A stretch of DNA of 32,000 bases from Candidatus Saccharimonadota bacterium (GCA_022843095.1 JALHOH010000002.1:420001-452000); one strand, 5' to 3'. Positions 1 to 10,116 are shown, numbered from the stretch's first letter. Numbers and translations: made by a program. The notes: a model not told the origin generated them from the sequence alone.

Positions 1-1077
<1,077 letters not shown>

Positions 1078-1206
1078 ACCCACGGCTTCTCCTGGTAGAG
1101 AGCCGGGATCAAGTAATAGACTCGGTTTTTCTGGTCACTCTTCTGTTGTCAATTTCCGTCGTTGGGGAGGTCCCGTTTCCGTTCGCCTTCTCAACGTTGT
1201 GCCCGC

Positions 1207-1235
1207 AGTTTAGTGGGGGACGCATTCCCTGTCAA
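1207..1235 (-). promoter_or_regulatory. Putative sigma70-type promoter for the 16S rRNA gene
   Basis: The minus strand reads TTGACA (rc of 1230-1235), a 17-nt spacer, then TAAACT (rc of 1207-1212), about 130 nt upstream of the mature 16S 5' end. The -35 overlaps the rsmA stop codon. Confidence 0.35.
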
Positions 1236-2101
1236 GAGCGTTTCCTCACAGGTCTATCCACAGCCACCTCTCCTTCCTTCATCCATCGCGCTAGTCCGGC
1301 CCATTCTTGCAACGAAAGTGTTTCAGAACGGGCCTTTTCTGGGATCTGCAGCGCGGTGAGCACGCCTTCAGGAAGCCCGAGATTTGATCGAAGAAGTTTG
1401 CGAGGATGCGCGAATCCGCGCTTCGCCACCTCCATGATGCGATCGGGATGAATGCCAAAGGTCGCCTCGCGTTCCTTCCACGACGTCGGCACAATCCGCA
1501 GCACCGCTGACTCTACCTTTGGTGGTGGAAAAAACGCCCCGGCCGGCACACGCCGCACCATCCGCGTCTCGGCACTCCCCAGCGCCACCATGAGCGAAAG
1601 CAAACTTCCATCCCCATCCTTTGCGATCGCCCGCTCTGCCACCTCGCGCTGGATTAACACAACAACACATGCCGGAGGCAAGGGCGCCCACACCGCCTTG
1701 CGCAACGCGAGTGACGTGATGCTGTACGGAAGATTGGACACCAACTTCCACGTCCCGTCCCCGATCGCCTCATGCCAATGCAATGAGGCGGCATCGCCAT
1801 GAATCACACGCAACGTCCCGTCTGCAACCGCTGCTTTTCCCCATGCCGCGTGCGTCGTCAAATACTCCACCATGCGCCGATCTTGTTCGATAGCGATCAC
1901 CTGTGCGCCTTTGGCGAGTAATGTGCGCGTCAGCACCCCCAGTCCGGGCCCGATTTCAAGCACCCGATCACCCGGCTTCACGTCCGCCGCCTCCACGATC
2001 GCTGCTAGCGTTGTTGTATCAATTAAAAAATGTTGACCGAGGCGCTTGTTTGCCTGGCCACCAACCAGTGCGAGCGCTTCGCGAATTTCTGTAGGGGTCA
2101 T
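1232..2101 (-). CDS. rsmA: 16S rRNA (adenine1518/1519-N6)-dimethyltransferase RsmA/KsgA
   Basis: N-terminus KRLGQHFLID and SAM motif I VLEIGPGLGVLT. NLPY motif (SNLPYSI). ATG at 2101 (MTPTEIRE) is preferred over the TTG at 2134, which lies inside the upstream terminator tail. Confidence 0.9.
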   Translation of the reverse strand: MTPTEIREALALVGGQANKRLGQHFLIDTTTLAAIVEAADVKPGDRVLEIGPGLGVLTRTLLAKGAQVIAIEQDRRMVEYLTTHAAWGKAAVADGTLRVIHGDAASLHWHEAIGDGTWKLVSNLPYSITSLALRKAVWAPLPPACVVVLIQREVAERAIAKDGDGSLLSLMVALGSAETRMVRRVPAGAFFPPPKVESAVLRIVPTSWKEREATFGIHPDRIMEVAKRGFAHPRKLLRSNLGLPEGVLTALQIPEKARSETLSLQEWAGLARWMKEGEVAVDRPVRKRS

Positions 2102-2123
2102 ACCCGCATGGTACGCAGGATGG

Positions 2124-2163
2124 ATAAAAAGCAAAAGCCGCGCAGAAGAAATCTTTGCGCGGC
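2124..2163 (-). terminator. Rho-independent terminator after the GT-A-like gene
   Basis: Minus strand: GCCGCGCA, an 11-nt loop, TGCGCGGC, followed by TTTTGCTTTTTAT. Confidence 0.55.
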
Positions 2164-2197
2164 GTGCACCTTCGTGGAGTGGTGCGCTCCTTCAACC

Positions 2198-2980
2198 TCA
2201 CACTTCTTCGACCAGATCCTCAACCCCGAGACGTGCGAGCGCTGCCTTGAGTCCGCGCACCAGTGCGCGTTTCTCGGCAAGATCCTTGCGGATCGCTTCG
2301 AGTTCGCGTGCCTCCTTGCTCGCCTGATCGTAGTGCACCCCGACGACCAGTGGAACCTTGAGATCCAACTGCCGCCAGGTATAGGCCCCCTGCGCTTCCA
2401 TGCGGACGAGGTAGTCGAGGTCCTCCTGTCCGCCATGCTCATCGCACGTCATGGAGAAGGACCCGACCTTTGCGTATGTCGCCAATCGGTGCAGCGCGAT
2501 GGTGTTACGCGGGTGCACGTAGGACTTCCCGAGTTCAACGATGTTCCCGTTCTTCCGAGCGGAAACCGTTGACCCGACCAGCCCCAACGTCTCGTCCTCC
2601 ATCGCCTCACGCATCGCCGCCACGTGATCCGCCGTGTAGAGGACCTCGTTCGACACGGTGAACACATATTCGTGTCCGCCCTCGCCCCGTGCGAGCGCCT
2701 CTTCACGAAGCACGTCGCGGACAAAGTCGAACCCCGCGTTCAGCGGTGCCGACCAAAAGCGACCCAGATACCCACTCTTCATCTCACGGATGTGGATCCG
2801 TCCGGGATTCGCCTCGACCTGACCCTTCAGCCAAGCGCGCGTGTTCCCCATGTCCGGCATCCCGTTCACCATCACGACGATGTCGTCGATCCCAGCTTTC
2901 AGAGCCCGGACGACGGCCCCCTCAATGTGAGGGTTGCTGTAGGTCCGAAGCAAACATGCAATTTTCGGCGTCTTTTCCAT
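2198..2980 (-). CDS. GT-A/GT2-like nucleotide-sugar transferase fold protein, function uncertain
   Basis: ATG at 2980 is preceded by AGGAGGGG. PLNAGF resembles the GT2 xRNxG motif, but the expected DxD position reads SNE (YVFTVSNEV). The C-terminus is a helical tail. Confidence 0.55.
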   Translation of the reverse strand: MEKTPKIACLLRTYSNPHIEGAVVRALKAGIDDIVVMVNGMPDMGNTRAWLKGQVEANPGRIHIREMKSGYLGRFWSAPLNAGFDFVRDVLREEALARGEGGHEYVFTVSNEVLYTADHVAAMREAMEDETLGLVGSTVSARKNGNIVELGKSYVHPRNTIALHRLATYAKVGSFSMTCDEHGGQEDLDYLVRMEAQGAYTWRQLDLKVPLVVGVHYDQASKEARELEAIRKDLAEKRALVRGLKAALARLGVEDLVEEV

Positions 2981-3082
2981 GTTCCCCTCCTGCCTCTTGG
3001 GCAGTAAGAGCATTGTTTTCAAAGACCCAGGACGTCCTTTTTGGCCGCCTAGACCATTTCCCACACCTGTAGGAAACAGCTA

Positions 3083-3111
3083 ATTATTGCACAAAATGCA
3101 CTTTTTGTCAA
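3083..3111 (-). promoter_or_regulatory. Putative sigma70-type promoter for the GT-A-like gene
   Basis: The minus strand reads TTGACA (rc of 3106-3111), a 17-nt spacer, then AATAAT (rc of 3083-3088), in the divergent intergenic region. Confidence 0.4.
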
Positions 3112-3130
3112 TCCGCGGTACACTACTTCT

Positions 3131-3427
3131 ATGTTTAATGGCTTTTTTGATCGCGTGGGTCTTACCAAGCATAACCATTCCGTCGATCGCCTTGCCGAAG
3201 CCAACGCGCTACTCAATGGGATTGCGTTGTACCCATTGCTTTTTAAGATCATCCGCACCGGAAACGTATCCGGATTGGAACCCACCACGTTTCTTATGCT
3301 GTTCATCGCGAACTGCATCTGGATCGCCTACGGACTCCACCGCCGCGCCCTCCCCGTTTTGATCTCCAGCTCCCTTGTTCTTGTGTCTTCCGGGACGCTA
3401 TTTGCCCTGTCCATCTTTTGGGAGTGA
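3131..3427 (+). CDS. Small 3-TM PQ-loop/SemiSWEET-like membrane protein
   Basis: 98 aa. The pattern YPLLFKIIRTGNVSGLEPTTFLMLFIANCIWIAYG resembles the SemiSWEET PQ-loop core (PQ..k.....gls...f......W..YG). The first TM is weak. The last 30 nt overlap the convergent neighbour. Confidence 0.5.
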   Translation: MFNGFFDRVGLTKHNHSVDRLAEANALLNGIALYPLLFKIIRTGNVSGLEPTTFLMLFIANCIWIAYGLHRRALPVLISSSLVLVSSGTLFALSIFWE

Positions 3428-4372
3428 AGACGATTTTGACAGCAATGCCATAGGCGTGATCCGTTCTGGCAGTGGCTCAAATAACGTCGCCCAGCGGGCA
3501 TCTAATCCAAGCGCCACCGCCGAAGGAAGAAATTCCGGGATCTGCTGGACAACCCCTTCTCGCACCGGAAACAACTCCTCCAGGCGTCGCACTTCGGTCA
3601 CCCGAAGAAAGGTATAGAATCCCAACACTTTTTCGCGCACCACGGCTCCATGAGGCGTTGTTTTTGGAAGCAACGCGCCGAACACAAAGAGAGCGACGCT
3701 GGATAGCAGGGTAGAAACGATAGCAAGTGGACTCGTAAAGAACCCCGCGAGAACCAGAAGCGTCAATGCCCCCAAGAGAAACATCCATGAAATCTTTGTA
3801 CTCATGGGCTCGAATAGATGTCGCGCCGCCAATTCTTGATACATCGATTCACTTGTTTTCACGGAAAGGGAAAACCCTGACATCAAACGCGCATTGATCG
3901 TCTCACCTTGTGCAAACGCCCCCTCCATCAGCACACGTTCAAACGGAAGCGCCGTGTCGGGCAACGAACGTTTCTTGGTCACCTCGGCATACCAATACCT
4001 CCCCGCTTGCTTTGGATGCACCGCCGTTTTTACCACAATCTCCACAATCCCCTGTCGGGCCCACTGTAAAAACGTAGCCCCCATAAACCGATCTTGGGTG
4101 GCCTTGTGCGGTTTGTAGATCAACGCAAGCAACGCCGGCGGAAGCTGATGAGGCTCTTCAAACTCCGTGACCACGAGTCCACGTCCTTTTGGATCACGTC
4201 CAAGAAACCACCAAATCACAAACGCCCCGATCGTAATCATGACCGGGAACCACAACACCAGAATCACCTGTACCCACCATTCCAGCGACGACGAAACAAC
4301 GCCTTCCGAAGCCGTGGCCGCCTGATACGAAATCTCAAACGAATTCCCTTGATTTGTGATGCTCCAGCCCAT
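3398..4372 (-). CDS. DUF2207-like membrane protein lacking the usual large N-terminal domain
   Basis: A TM helix is followed by WWFLGRDPKGRG..VTEFEEPHQLPPALLA, typical of the DUF2207 membrane-proximal region. Three further C-terminal TM helices are present. Only ~30 aa precede the first TM. Confidence 0.65.
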   Translation of the reverse strand: MGWSITNQGNSFEISYQAATASEGVVSSSLEWWVQVILVLWFPVMITIGAFVIWWFLGRDPKGRGLVVTEFEEPHQLPPALLALIYKPHKATQDRFMGATFLQWARQGIVEIVVKTAVHPKQAGRYWYAEVTKKRSLPDTALPFERVLMEGAFAQGETINARLMSGFSLSVKTSESMYQELAARHLFEPMSTKISWMFLLGALTLLVLAGFFTSPLAIVSTLLSSVALFVFGALLPKTTPHGAVVREKVLGFYTFLRVTEVRRLEELFPVREGVVQQIPEFLPSAVALGLDARWATLFEPLPERITPMALLSKSSSLPKDGQGK

Positions 4373-4396
4373 AACAAAACCTTATCATGACGGCGT

Positions 4397-6208
4397 TTAC
4401 TGGTACATCTTCGCCTGCAGCGTAAACAGCGCGGCGTAGCGCCCCTTTTTTGCCAGCAATTCCTCGTGCGTGCCGTCTTCAATCAACCGTCCATGCTCGA
4501 GCACCAAGATACGCTCTGCACGGCGCAGTGTTGAGAATCGATGCGACACGAATAGTACCGCCTGTCCCTGCAGGGCGCTTGGCAGCTGCTCAAAAAAGCG
4601 CTCCTCTTTTTCTGCATCTACCGCAGAGGTCGGTTCATCAAAAATATAAACCCGTGCGTTTCGATACAGGGTGCGCGCGATCGCCAAAATCTGATTTTGT
4701 CCGCCCGACAATTCAATCGCTTCATCCTCTTCCATTGCGTAGTATTTTCCAGCGTGTGTTTCGACGCCCCGTGAAAACTCCTTGGCAATCCCCGCCATCC
4801 CACTCACCGCAAGTGCCTGCTTGAGGCGTCGCGGGTCTTCTTTGCGATCGTAGTCGCCATATTTGATCTGTTCCCGAATCGCATCATCAAACGCCTCGTT
4901 TTGCTGCGTCATGACCGCAAGCGCTTCCCGCCAGGCTGCCGGTTTGACCGCTTGGAGATCCACGCCGTTCACCAAAATCTTTCCACGCGTCGGCTCGTAC
5001 ACGCCAAGCAACAATTTCAGCAGCGTTGATTTGCCCGCCCCATTCAACCCAACGAGCGCCAAGTGATCCCCTTCGTTGAACGTAAATGTGACGTCACGAA
5101 GTACGTCATCTCCAGAGCCAGGATACCGGAACCACACATGATCAAACGTAATCGAAAGCGGTTGCTTTGGAAGCAGCTTTCCCGTTTCCCGTTCATGCGG
5201 AAGGTCGTAGAACTGCTTAAAGAGCACAAAGAAAGGCGCTTCTTTTTGGAACCAGCTCGCATTCCGGACCAATCGACCCAGCGCCATGCCAATCGAGTGG
5301 TAGGACGACAAGAACATCACAATCACCCCAAGGGCGACGGTGCTCCCCAAATACCCCTGCACCAACACCCATAACCCGTACACAAACCCAATCGCACGAA
5401 TCGCCCCAGACCACCCCACAGCACGCGCCATCGTTCCCGTCACACGCAACCGCTCTTCCAGCAAACGCGTAGAAATCGTCGACCAGCGCCGAAGAAAGGC
5501 GCGTGTAAGTCCAAGTGGTTGCATCACCTGCAGTTTCGCCAAGCTATTCACGCTTTGCGCATAATAACTCGCCCGCCGTCCAACACGGGTCTCCATGGAA
5601 AGCAGCGACCACTGGTAATCACCTGCTTTTTGCCCAAGATACAATGCCACGACCTGTGAGGCGAGCAGCGCTATCGTCGCCTGCCAGGGCAAAAACACGA
5701 CTGCAGCAAGCGCCCCCAGCGCCATGGCGAGATCGCGCACAAATCCTAAGACTTCGTTCGCAAACGAAAGCACGAGCCACCCTTTTTGATCCAATGCGTG
5801 CTGTAGCGCACGAAAGGAGGGATGTTCAAGCACCCAGTACGGAAGACGCTGGATGTGCGCAAATTGACGCTGTTTGATCGCGAGCTCGGTGCGATAGCGC
5901 AACCGATCGCTAAAATACTCCGCCACGTAGTCCGAAAGCACATCGCACACCTCAAACAACGCGATCAATCCAACGGCCATCCAAATACGCGCCGGATCAC
6001 GCGCTTCGAGGGCGGTGGTCACAACCCCCATCATCACCACCCACCCGCTGTACGCGGTAAACACAAGCGCCGCGCCAAACGCCTGCCAGAGCACGCTTGC
6101 GCGATCCGCCGCCCAAATCATCCGCCAAACAAATGGCAACGAAGCCAACACCTCCCGCGAAGTGGGCTTTTCGTTGACCGCCGGAATCTTCCGCGGGTCT
6201 ACGGACAT
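4397..6208 (-). CDS. ABC transporter, fused permease/ATP-binding protein (exporter type)
   Basis: N-terminal multi-TM domain. Walker A GLNGAGKST, signature LSGGQNQ and Walker B VYIFDEPTSAVD. Confidence 0.9.
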   Translation of the reverse strand: MSVDPRKIPAVNEKPTSREVLASLPFVWRMIWAADRASVLWQAFGAALVFTAYSGWVVMMGVVTTALEARDPARIWMAVGLIALFEVCDVLSDYVAEYFSDRLRYRTELAIKQRQFAHIQRLPYWVLEHPSFRALQHALDQKGWLVLSFANEVLGFVRDLAMALGALAAVVFLPWQATIALLASQVVALYLGQKAGDYQWSLLSMETRVGRRASYYAQSVNSLAKLQVMQPLGLTRAFLRRWSTISTRLLEERLRVTGTMARAVGWSGAIRAIGFVYGLWVLVQGYLGSTVALGVIVMFLSSYHSIGMALGRLVRNASWFQKEAPFFVLFKQFYDLPHERETGKLLPKQPLSITFDHVWFRYPGSGDDVLRDVTFTFNEGDHLALVGLNGAGKSTLLKLLLGVYEPTRGKILVNGVDLQAVKPAAWREALAVMTQQNEAFDDAIREQIKYGDYDRKEDPRRLKQALAVSGMAGIAKEFSRGVETHAGKYYAMEEDEAIELSGGQNQILAIARTLYRNARVYIFDEPTSAVDAEKEERFFEQLPSALQGQAVLFVSHRFSTLRRAERILVLEHGRLIEDGTHEELLAKKGRYAALFTLQAKMYQ

Positions 6209-6232
6209 GGCACCAGTGTACCACGTCTCACC

Positions 6233-7381
6233 TTATGTCTCTGCATTCAATTCCGCACGGATATCTCGATCCTTTGCCGCCAATCGCAAATAGCCTTCCA
6301 CAAACCGATCGAGATCGCCATCAAGAACCCCTTGCGTATCGCTCGTTTCTACGTCCGTGCGATGATCTTTGACCATCTGATACGGATGCAACACGTACGA
6401 ACGAATTTGGTTCCCCCATTCCGCACTTTTGAATTCGCCGCGCAACTTTTGCTTTTCTTTCTGCCGCTCTTCTTCGCGGCGTTGCAGCAAACGCGATTTC
6501 AGAATCCGCATCGCCATCTCGCGATTCTGCGTTTGTGATCGTTCATTCTGGCACGAAACTGTAATCCCCGTCGGCAAGTGCACGAAACGCACCGCAGAAT
6601 AGGTAGTATTCACCGATTGTCCGCCTTTTCCCCCTGACGTAAACGTGTCGATACGCAGGTCCTCGGGTTTGATTTCGATCTCGTCCGCCTCCTCCCCGAT
6701 CTCCGGGATCACTTCTGCCAACGCAAAACTGGTTTGTCGAAGCGCATCCGCATTAAACGGCGACTGACGCACCAACCGATGCACGCCGTGCTCAGCCTTA
6801 AAATGCCCGTAGGCATACCGTCCTTGCACCAAAAACGTCGCAGACTTAATCCCCGCCTCCCCACCACGGGATTCATCCAGGAGCTGCACCGTCCATCCTT
6901 TGCGTTCGGCATACCGAAAAAACATGCGAAGGAGCATTTCGGCCCAATCCTGTGCATCCGTACCACCAGCGCCGGCATGAAGCGCCACGATCGCATTATT
7001 CGGATCGTAGTCACCGGAAAACAACAACTGAAACTCCATGTCCACGTAACGTTTTTCCATCGCCGCAAGGGATGTCGCAAGCTCCTGCTCCATCGAGGCG
7101 TCTTTTTCTTCGGCGACTACGCGCAACAATTCCTCCGCTTCCAGCAATTCCGCGCGCAACCCCGCCCAGGCATCATATTCCTTCTTCAAATCCGCGAGTT
7201 TTTGCGATTCTTTTCTTGCGCGATCCGGATCACTCCAAAAATCCGGCGCGCTTGTTTCGGTCTCGAGCGCCGCGATTTCTTGCTTCACCGTATCCAACGC
7301 CAAAATCTCCCACGCTTCCGCAATTTTTCCGCGTAGGGCGTCCATCCGCGCAAGCAGTTCGTCATGCATACCAAACAGCAT
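6233..7381 (-). CDS. prfB: Peptide chain release factor 2
   Basis: GGQ motif (SGGKGGQSVNTT) and the RF2-type SPF motif (RLVRQSPFNA). The frame is contiguous from ATG 7381 (or 7369). The 5' ORF extension to 7618 overlaps the upstream gene and is discounted. Confidence 0.9.
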   Translation of the reverse strand: MLFGMHDELLARMDALRGKIAEAWEILALDTVKQEIAALETETSAPDFWSDPDRARKESQKLADLKKEYDAWAGLRAELLEAEELLRVVAEEKDASMEQELATSLAAMEKRYVDMEFQLLFSGDYDPNNAIVALHAGAGGTDAQDWAEMLLRMFFRYAERKGWTVQLLDESRGGEAGIKSATFLVQGRYAYGHFKAEHGVHRLVRQSPFNADALRQTSFALAEVIPEIGEEADEIEIKPEDLRIDTFTSGGKGGQSVNTTYSAVRFVHLPTGITVSCQNERSQTQNREMAMRILKSRLLQRREEERQKEKQKLRGEFKSAEWGNQIRSYVLHPYQMVKDHRTDVETSDTQGVLDGDLDRFVEGYLRLAAKDRDIRAELNAET

Positions 7382-7382
7382 A

Positions 7383-7414
7383 AAGAAACCCCCGCCAGTT
7401 GGCGAGGGTTTCTT
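7383..7414 (-). terminator. Stem-loop between the upstream membrane gene and prfB (weak terminator or attenuator)
   Basis: AAGAAACCC (7383-7391) pairs with GGGTTTCTT (7406-7414), with inner CGCC/GGCG pairing. On the minus strand it is followed by TATGCTGTTTGG, which contains the prfB start codon. Confidence 0.4.
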
Positions 7415-7419
7415 GTTTC

Positions 7420-8100
7420 CTAGTACTGCATCATCCCAGGCCCCGCCCCCGCGACGCCCATCCCCGCCAACAGCGCGAACGCGGCAATCTGGAGGATAAT
7501 CGATCCAATGAACAGGAGCACTCCCAAAATGAAGAAGAAAATCCCCCACAATTTCCATGGCTTCTGATAGGCGTGAAATTCTTCTACCGATTTCCATGGC
7601 ATTGCTTTCCAGGCCCATTCATTTCCCATCATCCCCATCACGATCCACCAAATCATGTTCACAAACGGCACAAACACGAGGAGCGACCAAAACACCCGGT
7701 GATACAACCCCCATGGAAGGGAGATGAATGCAGCGCCCCAACTCCACCCTTTAATTTCCTGCGGAACAACAGATTGTTCACCCTTCCCGGAACGGGCATC
7801 AAATTCAGACCAAGGTCGCTGCTCGGTTCGACGCAACATGAGGATCACGCCGGGAATCCACAAGAAAAATGAAGCGAAGCCCAAGAACCCAAGAATCCCG
7901 TTGAGCATTTGCCCCGTGGCTTGACCGGTCATCATGGAACGAAACGTCATTGCCACGACCACCCACGCAATCAGAACGAGCGGAAACGCAATAAACGTCC
8001 CAAAAAACAAGAGGAGTCCAAGGCGACGGTTCTTCTGGGGAACAACAGACACCATCCCCTCTTGCGCAGGTGCTTGTCCCATCGTTTGCATCTGATCCAT
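7420..8100 (-). CDS. Hypothetical polytopic membrane protein
   Basis: Multiple hydrophobic helices and a Trp-rich C-terminal half (GWSWGAAFISLPWGLYHRVFW..GNEWAWK). ATG at 8100 is preferred because the TTG at 8184 would overlap the upstream gene and terminator. Confidence 0.65.
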   Translation of the reverse strand: MDQMQTMGQAPAQEGMVSVVPQKNRRLGLLLFFGTFIAFPLVLIAWVVVAMTFRSMMTGQATGQMLNGILGFLGFASFFLWIPGVILMLRRTEQRPWSEFDARSGKGEQSVVPQEIKGWSWGAAFISLPWGLYHRVFWSLLVFVPFVNMIWWIVMGMMGNEWAWKAMPWKSVEEFHAYQKPWKLWGIFFFILGVLLFIGSIILQIAAFALLAGMGVAGAGPGMMQY

Positions 8101-8110
8101 AAAGTAAAGA

Positions 8111-8141
8111 GGAAAAACAAAACGAGCGGCTCTGGAGCCGC
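8111..8141 (-). terminator. Probable rho-independent terminator after the DUF4870-like gene
   Basis: Minus strand: short GC stem GCGGC / GCCGC followed by TCGTTTTGTTTTTCC. Confidence 0.4.
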
Positions 8142-8152
8142 CCGCATTGGGA

Positions 8153-8539
8153 TTAAACGTTGACTTTGGAGCGGAACTGGCCAATCACCGGGATCTCCCA
8201 AAGCTTGCCATTCCAGGCGTTGTACATAGCGTACAACGACACACACAACACCAACAAACCCCACAAGAATCCAAGCGGAATCGTGATGATCCAAAGGAAC
8301 GGAATGGCGGAAATCACCCACCACGCCACTTCGACGATGAAAAGCACCGTACCCTGCTTGGCATGTTCCTGCGCGTATTTGGAGTCTTTCTTGGTAAACA
8401 ACACGACCAAAGAAAGCACACTCACGTAGGCGAGCGAGGCCCAAAGCTTGTTGTCTTCAATGTCTTTCGCATCAAACGACATCACCGGCTTCGCCTCCAC
8501 CGGGTTTTGCCCCATGGAGGAGTTGGTTTGTTGATCCAT
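8153..8539 (-). CDS. DUF4870/Tic20-like small membrane protein
   Basis: The pattern DNKLWASLAYVSVL....FTKKDSKYAQEHAKQGTVLFI matches the DUF4870 signature as I recall it. 3-4 TM helices. Confidence 0.65.
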   Translation of the reverse strand: MDQQTNSSMGQNPVEAKPVMSFDAKDIEDNKLWASLAYVSVLSLVVLFTKKDSKYAQEHAKQGTVLFIVEVAWWVISAIPFLWIITIPLGFLWGLLVLCVSLYAMYNAWNGKLWEIPVIGQFRSKVNV

Positions 8540-8579
8540 ATGTAAGATAGGATAGCAAAAGAAGGGAAAAACGCCAAGA

Positions 8580-8616
8580 TACAGAAAAACACCGTCCTCA
8601 TAGTAAAGACGGTGTT
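8580..8616 (-). terminator. Rho-independent terminator after the 85-aa orphan gene
   Basis: AACACCGTC (8588-8596) pairs with GACGGTGTT (8608-8616). On the minus strand the stem is followed by TTTTTCTGT. Confidence 0.6.
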
Positions 8617-8622
8617 ACGAAA

Positions 8623-8880
8623 TCAGGTCGCCACAGCACGCTGGTTCGCCTTGAAAGCGACCCAGGCATTTTCGATGCGCTGGTGCACCCATGCTTGAAA
8701 CTGTGAAAAGGTGATCTCCTTTTCCCAGTACCGCTTCTTTTCGATGGCAGTCTCCGCATCCGAAAGAATGCGATTGGCAAGCTCTGCGTAGACAAGACGA
8801 TCCTCCGGATCATCCGCAAGTGCGTTCGAAGGGACGATCTGTACGCCCACGGAGGCCAGGGCGGAAGCAATCCCAGTCAT
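8623..8880 (-). CDS. Hypothetical small protein (85 aa), possibly with a signal-like N-terminus
   Basis: ATG at 8880 is preceded by AAGGAGGG at good spacing. The alternative ATG at 8919 has no SD. The N-terminus MTGIASALASVGVQIVPSNALA is followed by an acidic, helical region. Confidence 0.55.
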   Translation of the reverse strand: MTGIASALASVGVQIVPSNALADDPEDRLVYAELANRILSDAETAIEKKRYWEKEITFSQFQAWVHQRIENAWVAFKANQRAVAT

Positions 8881-8941
8881 AAGCCCTCCTTTGTGACGGG
8901 ATACGGAAGAGGTAGCCATACAAATACGGAAATGTCAAGGG

Positions 8942-10090
8942 TTATTTCTTCCAGTCAAGAATGATCTGCCGATGCCCAAGCCGTGCCACTGGAGTTCGAT
9001 TCTGGGAAGCATAAATATTTGATCGACTTGTGACGCGCAAACGATCGCTTAGCACGATGGTTTCTGTAGGAAGTGACTGGGGAATCGCACCAAGTGAACG
9101 CATGATTCTTCCGCGCTGCTCTTCCTCCGTGACTTCCTGAAACGCATGCAACGCACGTTCAATGCGTCGACGAAGTTTTGATTCCTCTTCGACATTCGTT
9201 GAAGCCTGAACGATAATTTCTGGTATTGTTTGCCCTGAAAAGACCGGATCCATAAGCACCTGTAACAGCATAGCACGCTTCAGCTTTGTCTCCTGTTCTA
9301 GCCGATTCAACCACCCCGGCACGTCCGCCTGAACCGTCACATCCTCATCTAGGAGTACCACTATTTCCGCAAGATCCGCATATCGAATCGACTGCCGGGC
9401 CAATTCCTGAGCATACTTACGATCCCCCGCTTCACGCTGTTCAAGCACCTGTTTTTTCGTTAAATACTCCTGCTGCAAAACCCCCATCGCCGCGGGCTCC
9501 GTCATCAGCCGATCCAAAAAATCACGATGCGCGTCCACCACGTAGGGCTCTGCTTTTGCATTATCTGTTTTATTATAATGCTTCACCTGCGAAAGCGTGA
9601 GATCTACTTTCCCGTCGGGGTACTCATCGATGATCACCGCATCAATTTTATTCATCGCATCCAATTCATCGCAGGTCCCGATAAACCGCTTGATCTTTCT
9701 AGCTTCCAACATTTTTCCCTCTTCTTGCGCATTCTTTAGCTCAAGTTCCATACCAATGATGCCAGAAAGCGTGGCCATCAACTTCTCCATCAAATCTTCC
9801 GCCTTCAACGTCCGCATCAAACGAGGAATATCATCGCGTAGATTCAATCGCCCCATGTTTCTTGAGGTGACGATGCGTGCTGCGCGATTATTCAACGCCG
9901 CTTCCCGAAACGCAGGTCCTTTCGGACGCGGCATGCGCTCTAAGTCAACCCACGCACGAATCCATTCCTCAAGCTCGCGCTGAATGTCTTTTTGATCGCG
10001 AAACTCCTTGTGAACCAATTCGTTCACCTGCAGCGCACGTGCGGGATCCCTGGGCGTTTTCTCCAAAAACAGCGGTCGTGGCTGAGCCAT
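8942..10090 (-). CDS. Hypothetical protein (382 aa), no family recognised
   Basis: Long clean ORF with ATG at 10090 (MAQPRPLF), just downstream of the groEL terminator. Charged, helical composition. Confidence 0.75.
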   Translation of the reverse strand: MAQPRPLFLEKTPRDPARALQVNELVHKEFRDQKDIQRELEEWIRAWVDLERMPRPKGPAFREAALNNRAARIVTSRNMGRLNLRDDIPRLMRTLKAEDLMEKLMATLSGIIGMELELKNAQEEGKMLEARKIKRFIGTCDELDAMNKIDAVIIDEYPDGKVDLTLSQVKHYNKTDNAKAEPYVVDAHRDFLDRLMTEPAAMGVLQQEYLTKKQVLEQREAGDRKYAQELARQSIRYADLAEIVVLLDEDVTVQADVPGWLNRLEQETKLKRAMLLQVLMDPVFSGQTIPEIIVQASTNVEEESKLRRRIERALHAFQEVTEEEQRGRIMRSLGAIPQSLPTETIVLSDRLRVTSRSNIYASQNRTPVARLGHRQIILDWKK

Positions 10091-10116
10091 AAACGTATAC
10101 TTCACGATAACATACC

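Noticed and set aside
1146-1451. Small plus-strand ORFs in the 16S leader and overlapping rsmA (1146-1451, 1162-1359).
   Set aside because: They lie in the rRNA promoter and leader or antisense to rsmA, and they have Ser/Pro/Arg-rich composition. They are not credible CDSs.
7382-7618. N-terminal ORF extensions upstream of the chosen starts. Affected genes: prfB to 7618, groES to 12122, the 382-aa gene to 10201, cysS to 24028, grpE to 28948, dnaX to 18714, MTase-1 to 30170 and the PRC-barrel gene to 16478.
   Set aside because: The extensions overlap upstream genes, terminators or operators. They have atypical composition and are not needed for the conserved N-termini (for example MKLRPLGDRLIV for GroES).
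8598-8870. Alternative-frame 90-aa ORF overlapping the 85-aa orphan gene.
   Set aside because: It runs through the terminator hairpin at 8588-8616 and lacks an SD. The 8623-8880 frame has a strong SD and ends just before the terminator.
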